NCBI GenBank assembly: GCA_963823335.1
Contig: CAWGLD010000004.1
Span: 4,382 to 68,381, forward strand
Source: an uncultured delta proteobacterium
GTDB taxonomy: Bacteria > Desulfobacterota > Desulfobacteria > Desulfobacterales > B30-G6
Length of the DNA: 64,000 bases
Direction of reading: 5' to 3'
Position 1 is the stretch's first letter. Every line of letters starts with the position of its first letter. The notes under the pieces were generated by a model. The model did no database searches, was not told where the DNA came from, and saw only the letters and a program-made list of their open reading frames with translations. Both the position numbers and the translations under genes were made by a program. Positions 46,082 to 57,600 of this stretch are shown here, in pieces.

Positions 46082-46594
46082 TCAGCGTTTGGTCTCATGT
46101 TGCTGAATTATATGCTGTATTTTTTCTTCAACATAGGCGCTAAGATCCGCAATGGTTTCAGAGGATATGTACCCTATATCCCGGGCCAGGCTTTCCACTT
46201 TTTCTTCATCGATGCCTGTGACCTTGTTGACCAGAAAAGCGTCAACTTCTCCTTCTTCCAGGCATTTTCCACAGGCCCCTACAGCACCGATAAAATTATC
46301 CTCCACAAAAACCGGCACCACAATCTTGACAATACCGGCATCGCACTCCTCAACAACCGTCTGCCGGCTGTTGCGAGCCATGACAGCCAGGTTCATGTGC
46401 GCCACTGCACAAATAAAGCTTTGGCCCTTGTCAGTCGCTTTGATCTCCGGACACAAGCGGTTCACCCAGGATTTATAAGGTGTAATCCGAATGCCTTCCG
46501 TGTTGAAGACATTGGTATCCAGCCCATATCGTTCATGAATCTCTTTCTCCAAATTCATCCATTCTTCCACCGACAAAAGATCATTCAATTCCAT
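46082..46594 (-). CDS. Stand-alone PocR-type sensory domain protein
   Basis: 170 aa. The pattern ...LCPEIKATDKGQSFICAVAH...ECDAGIVKIVVPVFVEDNFIGAVGACG matches the recalled PocR ligand-binding domain layout. 14-nt overlap with oleD. Confidence 0.65.
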   Translation of the reverse strand: MELNDLLSVEEWMNLEKEIHERYGLDTNVFNTEGIRITPYKSWVNRLCPEIKATDKGQSFICAVAHMNLAVMARNSRQTVVEECDAGIVKIVVPVFVEDNFIGAVGACGKCLEEGEVDAFLVNKVTGIDEEKVESLARDIGYISSETIADLSAYVEEKIQHIIQQHETKR

Positions 46595-47645
46595 GTTCCA
46601 TCCAATCCTTTAGTTTCTTCAATCCCTCCGTTAGCGAGACTTCCGGTACATAACCCAGATCCCTTTTAGCGGCCCCGATGTCGAACCAGTGACTTTTGGA
46701 GAGCTCGTTGGCAAGAAAGCGGGTCATTCGGGGTTCAGAAGCGATTCCAAGACTTTTATAAACACATTCCAGAACCCAGCCGATGGCGTACGCCAGACCT
46801 TTGGGAATCGATTTCCTTACCGGAGGCTGACCGGCTGCAGCCAACAGGTGGTTCACCATGTCCCACAGATAAACAGGCTCTCCCTGGCTGATAAAATAGA
46901 TACGGCCTGAAAGCTGCGGGTTTGTCATCAGCTTTTCGGCAGCCAGGATATGGGCCTGGGCCGCATTATCGATATAGGTTGTGTCGATACGGTTTTTTCC
47001 GTCACCAACCCGCCTGAGAGTCTTGGCCTGTTTGATAATTCTAGGCACAAACTGGGTGTCTCCCGGTCCCCATATCAAATGGGGTCGCAGTATGATTGCC
47101 CGCACGACATCTTTCTCACATGCCTGGACAACAAGCTGTTCAGCCTTGGCTTTTGTTTTCTGGTAGGAGGTCTGATAGCGACCGGGGTAGGGGGCCGACT
47201 CATCCACACCCATCACGTCGGCATCCCCGTCATAAACCACACTGGGCGAACTGGTATGAATCAGATAGCCAATCTCTTGCCGTTCGCAGGCTTCTACAAT
47301 GTGGTGGGTACCAACGACATTGGTCTCATGATATCCTTGATAGGGACCCCACATCCCGCCGGTTTTGGCCGCCACATGAAACACAAGATCCCTTTCCTGA
47401 CAAGCCCGTTCCACGGCGACCGGATCACTGATATCTCCCTGAATCTGTTCTATTCTGAGTAGATCGAGTTCCGGATATAGCTTGCGGCTCATGGATCTGA
47501 CATTTGGCGTATATCCCAAAAGGCGTTTGACAATCGCTTTTCCAAGAAACCCACCGCCGCCCGTCACAAGTACCCGTGCGTCTTTAAGAGGGGTGATCCC
47601 TGCACTTGTTCCATCGGTTTTCACCGCACTCTGGCCTCCGCCCAA
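46581..47645 (-). CDS. oleD: OleD, NAD(P)-dependent 3-beta-HSD/extended-SDR reductase of the olefin pathway
   Basis: VLVTGGGGFLG, YQKTK (YxxxK). Last gene of a FabH-like / hydrolase / AMP-ligase / SDR series. Confidence 0.85.
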   Translation of the reverse strand: MGGGQSAVKTDGTSAGITPLKDARVLVTGGGGFLGKAIVKRLLGYTPNVRSMSRKLYPELDLLRIEQIQGDISDPVAVERACQERDLVFHVAAKTGGMWGPYQGYHETNVVGTHHIVEACERQEIGYLIHTSSPSVVYDGDADVMGVDESAPYPGRYQTSYQKTKAKAEQLVVQACEKDVVRAIILRPHLIWGPGDTQFVPRIIKQAKTLRRVGDGKNRIDTTYIDNAAQAHILAAEKLMTNPQLSGRIYFISQGEPVYLWDMVNHLLAAAGQPPVRKSIPKGLAYAIGWVLECVYKSLGIASEPRMTRFLANELSKSHWFDIGAAKRDLGYVPEVSLTEGLKKLKDWMEHGIE

Positions 47646-49285
47646 ACTGTCAGCTTCTCACGAAATATCTTTGAATTGTGCCGTATATCCACTGGAAATG
47701 CCTTGTGAAACAAGAAGGTGTCGATTTCCTGGGTAAGGACAGACTCTTTGGCGAGTTCCAACAGCTCTTCGATTATCTTGCGCTTGTTTTTCTTCTGACG
47801 GTTTTTTTCCAGTTCAATGCATATAACCGGTTTTTGGTTAGGGCGCGGCCTCACCCCCACCAGGGCACTTCTGAAAACCTGGGGATGACGATTGAATATC
47901 GCCTCACAGGGAATGGTAAACAGGGTCTGGGTCTTTGTTATGATACGGTGGCTTTTTCTTCCGCAAAACCAGAGTCGTTTTTCCCTATCGATCCACCCAA
48001 GATCTCCCATGCGGTGCCACAGACTGGTGCTCTCTTCTATTTTGGAAAGCAAGTCATCCCGTTTTCTTTCAAAATACTGGTGGGTTACCAGATCACCTTT
48101 GACCGTAATCTCGCCGATTTCACCGTCCGGAACAACCAGATCATTGGACCATTGGGGAATCATGTCGTCACTTATGCGGATGATACGTACCTTCAATCCC
48201 GGCAAAACCCGACCGACGCAGATTCCATAACCCTGTTCGCTCAACTGGCGTGTCTTTTCCAGGATCTCATGGCTCCCCATGACCGATACCGGCATGGCTT
48301 CGGTGGCCCCGTATCCGGGAAAAATTTCGGTTTCCGGTTCCAGAAGGTGACTGAAACGCTCAAGGTTGTCGGGTAATGCCGGCGCACCAGCCGAAATCAC
48401 CCTTTTCAGTGATGGAAGCTTGATGTTCAGAGCCTGACCGTATCGTCCCACCCGGTTGAGCAGTGCCGGAGACGCAAACATATTTGTCACACCATGATTC
48501 AGAATCAGCTCGATAATACGTTCAGGGTTCACCTGTGCCGGTTTGGTGGGATCCATGTCCGGTATCACGGCAGTCATACCGAGCGCTGGATCGAACAGTG
48601 CAAACAGCGGAAATGTCGGCAAATCGATTTCACCGGGCGCAATCTCAAATCGCTCCCTGATATGTCGTACCTGGGCATCGAAGATGCCGTGGGTATAGAC
48701 AACACCCTTTGCCGGTCCTGTACTGCCGGTGGTAAAGAGAATTGCCGCTGTTTCGTCCTTGTGGGTTTTTGCCATTGGAAATGGTTTCCAGGGTGTTCTG
48801 CGAATATCTGAAAGCCTGGGGCCGCCCCAAAACCATCGCTTACCGACCGTTATGGACATATTCAATGATTTAAAATAACTGGGCGTGCACATACGCAATG
48901 CATGGGCCAGGGGTATACCGATAAAAGCGGTTGCTTTGCTCTCTGACAGACAGTTGAGCATTCTCTTGATTCCCATTCCCGGATCCACCACCACGGGTAC
49001 CGCGCCGGTCTTAAAAAGAGCAAACGTCAGGGCAAAGAATTCAAGACCCGGTTTTAGCATCAGAATAGTCCGGGTACCCTGTTTGATACCATGTCGAATG
49101 AGGCCGTGTGCCAGGCAATCGGACTCCCTGTCCAACTGTCGGAAGGTGAGATGAGCGTAGGCGATTCCCCTGTCCCGGTTCTGCGGCAACGGGCAAACCA
49201 CAGCCCGGGTGTAGGGTTGCTTGCGTGCCATTTCCCGAAGCAGGGAGGCCACATTCACCATTCTATCTTCTGGTATTTCATTCAT
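47621..49285 (-). CDS. oleC: OleC, AMP-dependent synthetase family (beta-lactone synthetase)
   Basis: AMP-binding motifs FTTGSTGPAKGV and GYGATE. 25-nt overlap with oleD. Confidence 0.85.
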   Translation of the reverse strand: MNEIPEDRMVNVASLLREMARKQPYTRAVVCPLPQNRDRGIAYAHLTFRQLDRESDCLAHGLIRHGIKQGTRTILMLKPGLEFFALTFALFKTGAVPVVVDPGMGIKRMLNCLSESKATAFIGIPLAHALRMCTPSYFKSLNMSITVGKRWFWGGPRLSDIRRTPWKPFPMAKTHKDETAAILFTTGSTGPAKGVVYTHGIFDAQVRHIRERFEIAPGEIDLPTFPLFALFDPALGMTAVIPDMDPTKPAQVNPERIIELILNHGVTNMFASPALLNRVGRYGQALNIKLPSLKRVISAGAPALPDNLERFSHLLEPETEIFPGYGATEAMPVSVMGSHEILEKTRQLSEQGYGICVGRVLPGLKVRIIRISDDMIPQWSNDLVVPDGEIGEITVKGDLVTHQYFERKRDDLLSKIEESTSLWHRMGDLGWIDREKRLWFCGRKSHRIITKTQTLFTIPCEAIFNRHPQVFRSALVGVRPRPNQKPVICIELEKNRQKKNKRKIIEELLELAKESVLTQEIDTFLFHKAFPVDIRHNSKIFREKLTVWAEARVR

Positions 49286-49531
49286 AGGCAGTAAGCAGTC
49301 AATGTCATTGATGTAAGGTGATTCCCGGTACCGTGTAATGTAGCGCAGGTCTTCAGACCTGCAAAAAAGCTCTGCGCTAGATCATTAAGTTAACGGCATT
49401 GAGCAAGCAGCAAGTTGCAAGCAGCGTATCGCTTGAGGCTTAGAGCTTCAAGCCTCAACTTTCGGTTTTATCATCGATAGCTTAACGCTTATTGTTAACT
49501 GCTAACAGTTTTAATTACAACAAGTTATAGA
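49286..49531. repeat. Mosaic of palindromic modules filling the oleB-oleC spacer
   Basis: F-type hairpin 49340-49380. GCAAGCA words 49401-49425. Hairpin TTGAGGCTT-N8-AAGCCTCAA 49433-49458. TAAC/TAAG words at both ends. Confidence 0.7.
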
Positions 49532-50452
49532 TCAATCTCTTAAACTGTCTTCTAACATGAAGTTACGGATGCGGTCAATGACTGTCTCTGCGGCATCCTC
49601 CAGGATATAATGACCGGCATCCGCAAAGGTATGCACACGGGCGTCGGGAAACCGATGACGCCACTCATGGAGATATGCCTTCGTAAAAACAAAATCCTTC
49701 ATGCCCCAGCAGATAAGCATGGGCAAATTTCTCAGACGGTGCAATTCGTTCTGTACCGCTTTCACCGTTTTAAAACTTGGATCGCCTGGTTTGATAGGGA
49801 TGTCTTCCACAAACTTGAGGGTTGCAATCCGGTTCTGCCAGCAGTTGTATGGCGCCAGTAGCCCCGATCTCACATCACCGGGCAGACCCTTGGTCGTTGC
49901 CATGAAAAGGGCGCTGCGTGCAAAAGCGTTGAATCCTAAAACCGCCAGTTTTGCAAAGGGCTTGACATGGCGGATCAATCGCAGCCTGAAGGGCAGGGAA
50001 CGGCCCTGGGGGGGGAAGAACGCTGCGGTGTTGAGCAGGATAATTTTATCTATGCGCTCCAAATGCCTGAGAGCATAAGCGATACCGATCATACCGCCCC
50101 AATCGTGGAGTACTAAGGTTATTTTCTCTTTTATTTCCAAGTGATGGATGAAGCTTTCCAGATCGTCGACCCGGCAGTCAAGCGTATAACCATAGTGCTC
50201 CAGGCCTGGTTTCTCTGATAACCCACAGCCGATATGATCCACTGCGATCGCCCTGAAGTCCGGAGAGAGATCCTGAATGAGTCTGCGGTAATAAAACGAC
50301 CAGGTCGGGTTGCCATGCACCATGATGACCGGCGGTCCTGCCCCTTGGTCCACATAGTGATACTTGAACCCATTCACGTCCATAAAACGGGATTCGAATG
50401 GATACAGGTGCCGGCATTTCGATAAATCAATGGGCTTTGGTTTTATTTTCAT
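49532..50452 (-). CDS. oleB: OleB, alpha/beta hydrolase (haloalkane-dehalogenase-like; beta-lactone decarboxylase)
   Basis: HGNPTWSFYYR, LHDWGG. C-terminal catalytic His context GHYILED. Confidence 0.85.
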   Translation of the reverse strand: MKIKPKPIDLSKCRHLYPFESRFMDVNGFKYHYVDQGAGPPVIMVHGNPTWSFYYRRLIQDLSPDFRAIAVDHIGCGLSEKPGLEHYGYTLDCRVDDLESFIHHLEIKEKITLVLHDWGGMIGIAYALRHLERIDKIILLNTAAFFPPQGRSLPFRLRLIRHVKPFAKLAVLGFNAFARSALFMATTKGLPGDVRSGLLAPYNCWQNRIATLKFVEDIPIKPGDPSFKTVKAVQNELHRLRNLPMLICWGMKDFVFTKAYLHEWRHRFPDARVHTFADAGHYILEDAAETVIDRIRNFMLEDSLRD

Positions 50453-50495
50453 CAGCTACCCTCCAAACCTCAGACCCTCCAACCCTCTGTTTCTA

Positions 50496-51536
50496 TCACC
50501 ACTTTATTCCCAGCATCAAACAATTCAACCCGCTACCGATACCCAGCATCCCCACCAGATCACCTGCCTTGAAAAAATCACGCTCGGCGGCGATGGCGGC
50601 TGTAATGGGCAGGGATACGGTCCCGATATTGCCCAGGTACTGAAAGGTTGCAAAATCGCGTTGTCTGGGAATACCGATGGCTCTCAGGATCGTGTCCTGG
50701 TGGGTCGAACCGACCTGGTGGCAGACAGTTCTGTCTGGTTGTTCTGCGGTAAGTGAGAGCGTCTGGCGAAATTCCCGGTATGTCTCTATACCCAGTGCGA
50801 CGCCATGCTTCAAAACCCCCACAGAGTCCGTGTTCATGACCTGTTTTCCCACAGCAGATATCCCGCTGTCAGGTCCCCAGGTGCAGAGATTGTGGTGTTC
50901 GGTGGCGCATCGACAGGCCCCCCCCAGGAGTCGGTGATCTTGATCAGACAGGGACGCATCCGTCAGGAGTACGGCAACAGCCCCTGACCCGCCCGTCAGG
51001 GTGGCGACTGTCTGCTTGAACACATCCATGTTTCCGGCGCTCAGCATTCTTTGGATGGTGCTGTCGACAATCTCACGGGCGGATTCACAGGACACCACAA
51101 GCCCGGCAGATACCTGGCCGAGTTCGATGGCATTGGCCACCTGAACCAAACCATTCAGGATTCCGAGACATGCATTGGAAACATCGTAAACCACTGTGTC
51201 CGGTCCGAGACCCAGACCGTTGGATACAGCACACGCTGTAGCCGGTTCCAGGTTATCGCGACACACACCGCCGTACACCAGCATCTGGATTGATCGGGGG
51301 TCTATGCCAGCCGCGGCAATGGATTTTTCCCCCGCAAGAATCGCTCCCTGTGCCATCCGGAACCCCGGATCCCAGAATCTTCTTTCGCGAATACCCGTGA
51401 GGGACTCCAACTGCCCTTTCTGAAAGTGAAGCACATCGTACAGCGGCGCCAGACGCTTTTCCAGATCCGCTGACGTCACGACATTCGGCGGAAGTTCATA
51501 TCCAAAGGAGGCAATACTGACTTTTGAGTATTTCAT
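50496..51536 (-). CDS. oleA: OleA, FabH-like thiolase performing head-to-head Claisen condensation
   Basis: DVSNACLG (Cys), EPATA, HQVG (His), GNIGTVSLP (Asn). Start moved to ATG 51536 because the track N-terminus (KHQTPNTKHQT...) is a translated GGTGTTT repeat. Confidence 0.85.
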   Translation of the reverse strand: MKYSKVSIASFGYELPPNVVTSADLEKRLAPLYDVLHFQKGQLESLTGIRERRFWDPGFRMAQGAILAGEKSIAAAGIDPRSIQMLVYGGVCRDNLEPATACAVSNGLGLGPDTVVYDVSNACLGILNGLVQVANAIELGQVSAGLVVSCESAREIVDSTIQRMLSAGNMDVFKQTVATLTGGSGAVAVLLTDASLSDQDHRLLGGACRCATEHHNLCTWGPDSGISAVGKQVMNTDSVGVLKHGVALGIETYREFRQTLSLTAEQPDRTVCHQVGSTHQDTILRAIGIPRQRDFATFQYLGNIGTVSLPITAAIAAERDFFKAGDLVGMLGIGSGLNCLMLGIKW

Positions 51537-51596
51537 GTTTTTTGGTGTTTGGTGTTTGGTGTTTTGTGTCTGGTGTTTTGTGTTTGGTGTTTGTTT
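51537..51596. repeat. GGTGTTT/GTGTTTT word array in the spacer between the megasynthase and oleA
   Basis: TTTGGTGTTTGGTGTTTGGTGTTTTGTGTCTGGTGTTTTGTGTTTGGTGTTTG. Followed at 51635-51655 by CAGCATCCCGGCTTCCCGGCC, a near copy of 37418-37438. Confidence 0.8.
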
Positions 51597-51677
51597 TAGG
51601 GCTAAACGCATCAATGATGACATCGAGCTGTAATCAGCATCCCGGCTTCCCGGCCTTATAGCCTCATGGCCTCCCAG

Positions 51678-54600
51678 CTATCTGTCAAGCGGGACCAGCC
51701 CGATGGAAAATTGTTCCATATGATAGATGGGCAGCCCGTCGACTGTCAACAGGCCATCGGCGGTGAGCACGGGAAATGGCTCTTCCACCACGTTTGTCAC
51801 CAGGGCAAGAAGCTCGATATGCCTGTTTTCTGGTGTGATTTGTCCACGATAGGTCCATCGATGACGGATATCCGATTTCAAGGTAAAGCAGTGATCGTCC
51901 CCCAGATGCGGCCATCGATCCAGGGCCATGAATTTCAGCACTTGTATCAGAGACTCCAGACCCAGCGACCCCGGGCAGACCGGATCACCCAGAAAATGAG
52001 CCTTGAAAAACCATTCCTTGGGCAGAACTTTTTTGGAGGCCCGGATGATACCGTATCCATGGGGTCCGCCTTCCGGGAAATAGGCCTCGATGTTATCGAT
52101 CATGCGTATGGCCCGTCCCGGCAACACCGCATTTTCATGGACATGACCGGATAAATCGTCCGGTGCCGTGGGTGTATGATCCACCATCGCTGTCTGCCTG
52201 TTGGTCACCGAATCCTCAGGCAGGGTATAGCGAGACATATCGATCTGATGCAATCCTACCTGCGCTGCGAGAGCTTCCTGGGTAAAAAAACCGAAATGTG
52301 TCTGCCCCTGATAAATCTTCTGCCCGGATTGTAATATCTGGAAATCAAAGTGCTCGATAATCATGTCACCGGCTTCAGACACCTGGGTCAGACGCGCTCG
52401 CGTGGTCAGGGGTCCTTTTTTTGCAGGCACATCCCTGCATAGTTCAGCAATACCACCCAGATTTCTGAATCTGAGATCTTTTTCACTTTGTAAGGCCGAA
52501 CCCAGGTATGCCGCCAGCCAGCCGCAGGGCTGAAGCGCAATTTCATTCAAAACGCAAAATGGCATAACAGGTGTACGGTTGGCCCTGAAAAACCAGTCAC
52601 CCGGGTCGATATCCACCTCGGACTCGATCCAATCACCGGGTTTTAATACCCAGGGCTCCGGTGCAACGTCAACCACCCGGTCCATGAAAAGATAGGGCGG
52701 TCTGGGCAACCTGGCAATGAAGCGCTGTTTGTCAAATACCTGATAGGGTTTTCCAAATGCTATAGAGGGTCTGCCGAACGAGAATTCCTCCAGCAGTTTC
52801 CGACTGAATGTTCTTGTACCGTTCTCTTTTTTTTCGGAAGGGTAGCGTTTTTCTGTGGTGATCTGCTGTGGGCCGATTTTCCAAATGCGTTCGATCTCTT
52901 CACGCGTGCCCTGGGTCAGTTTCATGGAAATACTGTCAAAATAAACAATGTACGACCCATCGGCGGTCATGTGGGCATCGGCAATCGCATATGGCTCCGG
53001 GTCATAGCCCATCTCTTTGATGTCGATTTCATATACAACATGTCGGGTGTTCGGTGTTACCGGTCCACGGCATTTCAGCACACTTTCAACCCCCACAACC
53101 GGTTCATAGCAGGCGCTTTCATTTTCACTGATCCATCCGATACGTTGCAGAAATATCCGCAATGTGTGTGCACAGCATTCGTACATGAGCGTGCCCGGCA
53201 TGACCATGTCATCGACGAAATGACAGGTCAGGTACCAATCGTCCGGATGAATATCCGCTTCGGCACGTATCAAGCCCTTACCAAAGGTCCCTCCATAGGG
53301 GTCGAATGTGAGAACACGATCGATGAGGTGCATGCGCCCGCCCGGCAGCCACAGAGAAGAAGCGATGCTTTTACCCTGAAACGCAGTACCAAATGCGTCC
53401 CCGAGTCGGCCTGACCTCAGGGCATCCAGGGCGGCCTCGGAAAATGTTTCAATTGTTACCGGGGCCGGATGCCGCCACTCAGCACCAAAATCTTCTTGCC
53501 TGCGAGTTCCATCCATCTTTTTAGCGACAATACCCCCGGAATTCCGCACCTCCTCCTCGGTAAAGAAGCCTGCACAGCCGTTTTTCATCTGAATGAACAG
53601 GTTGTCTTCGATAAACCCTTTGAATTTAAAGAAGAAAAGGTGCGTGTCTCCCTGACGGATAAATTTTTCGATCTCGATGTCGTAGCGAATCGTCTCGCCC
53701 GGCTGTGGCAGTCCCCTGAAAAACGTCACACAGGCATCCAGCAACCGATAGGTTCTGCGGCCCTTGACCACATGATCGATCCCCAGATACGAACTGAGGA
53801 ACAAATCTGCCTGACCAGCCTCCACCGAGATACAGGCAGGCGCGCGGTTACCATCCAGATACCAGGCCTCTGGAAGAACATCGTGTTCGGTCACAATCCG
53901 GCCAGTGCCCAGAGAACACTTTTCACCCACAAGGGAAACAACCCGATCCACGAGCATGAGGGGTTCGTCCGGAAGCCGCACCCGGGCCTGGTAGGTGTCG
54001 ACCACCTGGAATTCAGGACCGAATACCTCGGCCACAGATCCTGTAGCAAAAGTCAGACAGTCTTTCCTGGAATAAAGCGGGGTAACCCCTGATGAGGTCT
54101 GGTGCGTCCCGGGGCCTTTGGCAATGACCCCGGTTTTACGGATCTGCTTCATATGACCGGACAGGAGCTGGGCCTGCAGTGCCATGGCCTCCTGGTAGCC
54201 CTTTGTCATCTGGCTGGAAAATTCCAGGAACTGCTTGTGTGTTTCGGTGGTTGTCTGGGCATTTTCCTGAACAGACCGCATGAGGTCCCGGACTATCTGG
54301 CTGGAGACACTTTCGTGCAGCGGCCCTGAAATGGAATCCCTCCCCAACGGACGCTCGTTGGGTTCATGGATTTTCGATTTTTCCCCAGCTGAAATGCGTG
54401 AATCAATATGGCCCGGCAGTAAAGGTGGCGGCCCGGGGAAGGGCAGGGGAGCACCGACACGCAGATGGATTTGACGCGATGATTCTTTTTTGGATCCGGT
54501 TGCCGGTCCTGACAATGTATCATCATATACCTGATTCATTTCAGGAGGATACGAAAGACCTCCATATAATTTGTCGAGATGGACACCCACTTTTGCTGCG

Positions 54601-57600
54601 CTGAGCGCGCCCAACAGCTTCAATATTGAAAGGTATTCGTTGTCTTGGCTTGAACTGACAGCCAAAGCAAGATGGGGGCGACCTTCGAGCGTCTGCCCTA
54701 TCATTCGTGTGCAGGATGCCCGGGGTCCCATTTCGACAAAAACACGGATACCATCGTCATAGGCCTGTTCAATGGTGCGGGTAAAGTCGAACCCGTTGCG
54801 TGCCTGATCCAGTATGGATGCAGCAGCGTTTTCACTGGTCAGGTCATATGTATGGCCCCATGCACAACTGTAAAAACGCATAGTTGCGGATATGTCAGTG
54901 GGGTACAGATGAAGTTGGCGGTAAGCCTCCTCCACAGGTCTGAGCGCATCACAGTGAACCGTCACGACACCGTCAAGGGGAACGGCGTTACACCCCAGCA
55001 TTTTGACGACCTTCCAGATTGATTCTTTCTCGCCGCCTAACACCGATTCCCTGGGTGAATTAATGATCAGCAGACGGGTCATGGGAAATTGTTTAACAAC
55101 AGACATGACCTCGTCTGCCGCCCGATCAACCGCAACCACCTGCCATTCAAATCGTTTTTCAGGTTCGATGTTCCACGCCTTCCGGAGGGATAGACAGGGC
55201 CCGGTCAAGTCTGTCTTGAACAATGGTGATTCGAGCATCCGTTTCAAAAGCCGGTCTTGACCTTTCCAGACACCCATGGCAACCAAGCCAGCGGTTTCCC
55301 CGAGGCTGTACCCGATGACCGCCCTGGGTGGCGCCATGAACTGCTGCATCAGTCTGGCCGTGACAACCCCGTGCATTACCTGCCCGAAAATCGCCAACAG
55401 CGGATCGGCATGGATCCGATGCAAGGCCTGTATTTCCCATTGGTTTTCCCAGGACATCCGATAAGGCACAAAGCATTCGGGAATCATTTGCCTTTTCAAT
55501 TGCCCGGTTTCTGCATCCACCTGACCTATAAGCAATGGCCATTGGACCCCCATGTCCCGTCCCATACCAAGATAATGGTTTCCGGAGCCAGGAAAAACAA
55601 AGGCAATGCCGGCCGACTCCCCCAGGGGCTCGGGTGTGTAAAAGATGTTTGCATGCCCCGGAGAAGCGTCTGTCTTCCCTGAAGAAACGAGCTGTTTGGC
55701 TCTAAGAATCATGTTTTCGGCATCGTGAATATCTTTGACCACCAGGCTGAGCGCTCTTTTCTTACCCGGGGGTCTAGGTCTCTTATTTTCGTACCAGACC
55801 CGCGCGAGCCACTCCAGGGGTACGTCCATGGAATCCCATTTCCGGATCTGTTTCCAAAGGGTTTCCAGACCATCTAAAATCTCCTGGTCATGATCGCCTT
55901 CCACGACAAAAAGACCGCTGGACTGGTATCCCAGAGGGCGAAGTTTTTCCTGAACGAATCCAGGGGGCGATACCATCCCGGGGTCTTCATACCCTTCCAG
56001 AAGGACATGCATGCAGTTTCCATCGGACGTCATGGCACCCACACAGGCCCGGCGAGGATTGGTTTCCCGATCCCGATACCAGTACTGAGGTTTGATGGGA
56101 ACATGAAAACGTTCTTCCCATGCGATATCTCCGGGCCGTCGATAATCCGGCATGGGTGGTAAAAGGGCATGGTAAAGACACAGGCTTGTTTTCACAAGGG
56201 AAGACAAGCCTGATGCGGCACCCATGTGTCCCACAATCGCTTTGGTGCTGCTGACGGCGCAATGCAAGCCCTTTTCGGTCAAAACGGTATTCAATACCTT
56301 TGATTCCACGACATCTTCGGTAGGAATACCGCTTCCGTGTGCCTCATAGAGGCTGATATCCGACGACCCCACACGAGCATCCTGAATGGCACGCTCCAGG
56401 GAAACTTGGTATGCTTCCTGTGTTACGCCCCCACCTTCCGTCGCCATCCCACTGGCAGCGCCGAAGCCATTGACAATCGCATAAATACGATCTTTTTCCG
56501 CAATGGCGTCTTCCAGGCGTTTGAGCACCAGTGCCAGGCCGCCTTCTCCGGGAAGCGTCCCCTTAGCAGATGAATCAAAGGGCAATACAGGCGCTGTCTC
56601 GGAACAGGGTCGGGTCTGATGGTGTGTGGCCAGATATCTGATATCTCCGGTAAAATCCACAGCACCCACCAGCATCATGTCTGTGTCATTGTCCTGCAAG
56701 GCCCGGACACCTATTTCGAGGGCTTTGATACCGGAAGCTTCTTCGCAGGAGACAACAAAACTGGGCCCACCCAACAGAAATTCCTTGGCAATCCGGCTTG
56801 CAATGACACTGGTCAATGCACCCAGAGTCCGGTTGGATGTCAACGGTCGGCTTATAGAAGCTTTCAGGGAACGGACCCACTGGGCGGCATGGGGGTCCTG
56901 AAGGTTCAAGCCATATTTTTTTTCCCATCGGCGGATGCTTTCATTCACGATCCATCTTAAATGAAAATTGGTGGCCTCAAAGTCAAAATCCGCTCCCACC
57001 ATCACGCCCATGCGTGTCCGTTTCTCCCTGAGGGCAACACCGGCATCGATGAGAGCGTTTCGACAGAGCTTCATCATGAGCAGATGCTGCGGCAGAATAT
57101 CCGGTATTTCATTGGGGGGAACGTGAAACAGACCCATATCCAGGGCAACATCTTCCATGAACGCACCGTGTTCCGGAACCACCTGCCGGAAATAGGTATC
57201 CGGTCCGATTTGTGTGCCCCGAAGACGAGAGTGATGTTCGATGATGGATTGCCCCTTGAAAACAGCCTCCTGAAAAGCCCTCAGGGTCGACAGTTTCCCC
57301 ATGGCAGCGCTCATTCCGATAATCGCCACCAGGGGTTTTTCACTTGTCGATGTTTTAGAATAACCGTCTTCATCACCGTTCCCGGGGACAGCGTGATGTT
57401 GCAGATTTATGGTACCTCCAGCTCGCCTATTGGGACGGGTCCATTCTTCCAGAAGCATGTGGGCATTGATACCGCCGAATCCAAATGCGCTCACAGCGGC
57501 ACGACGGGGGGTGTCGGCATCTCGTAGACCCCAGTCGGTCACTTCGGTCTGGACCCTAAAAGGACTGTCGATCAAAGGACTGTTATCTGTCGGCTCCGAA

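Noticed and set aside
51537-51623. N-terminal extension of the oleA ORF (…KQTPNTKHQTQNTKHQTPKN…)
   Set aside because: It is the translation of the GGTGTTT word array. A canonical start, MKYSKVSIASFGYELP, at ATG 51536 matches FabH/OleA N-termini.
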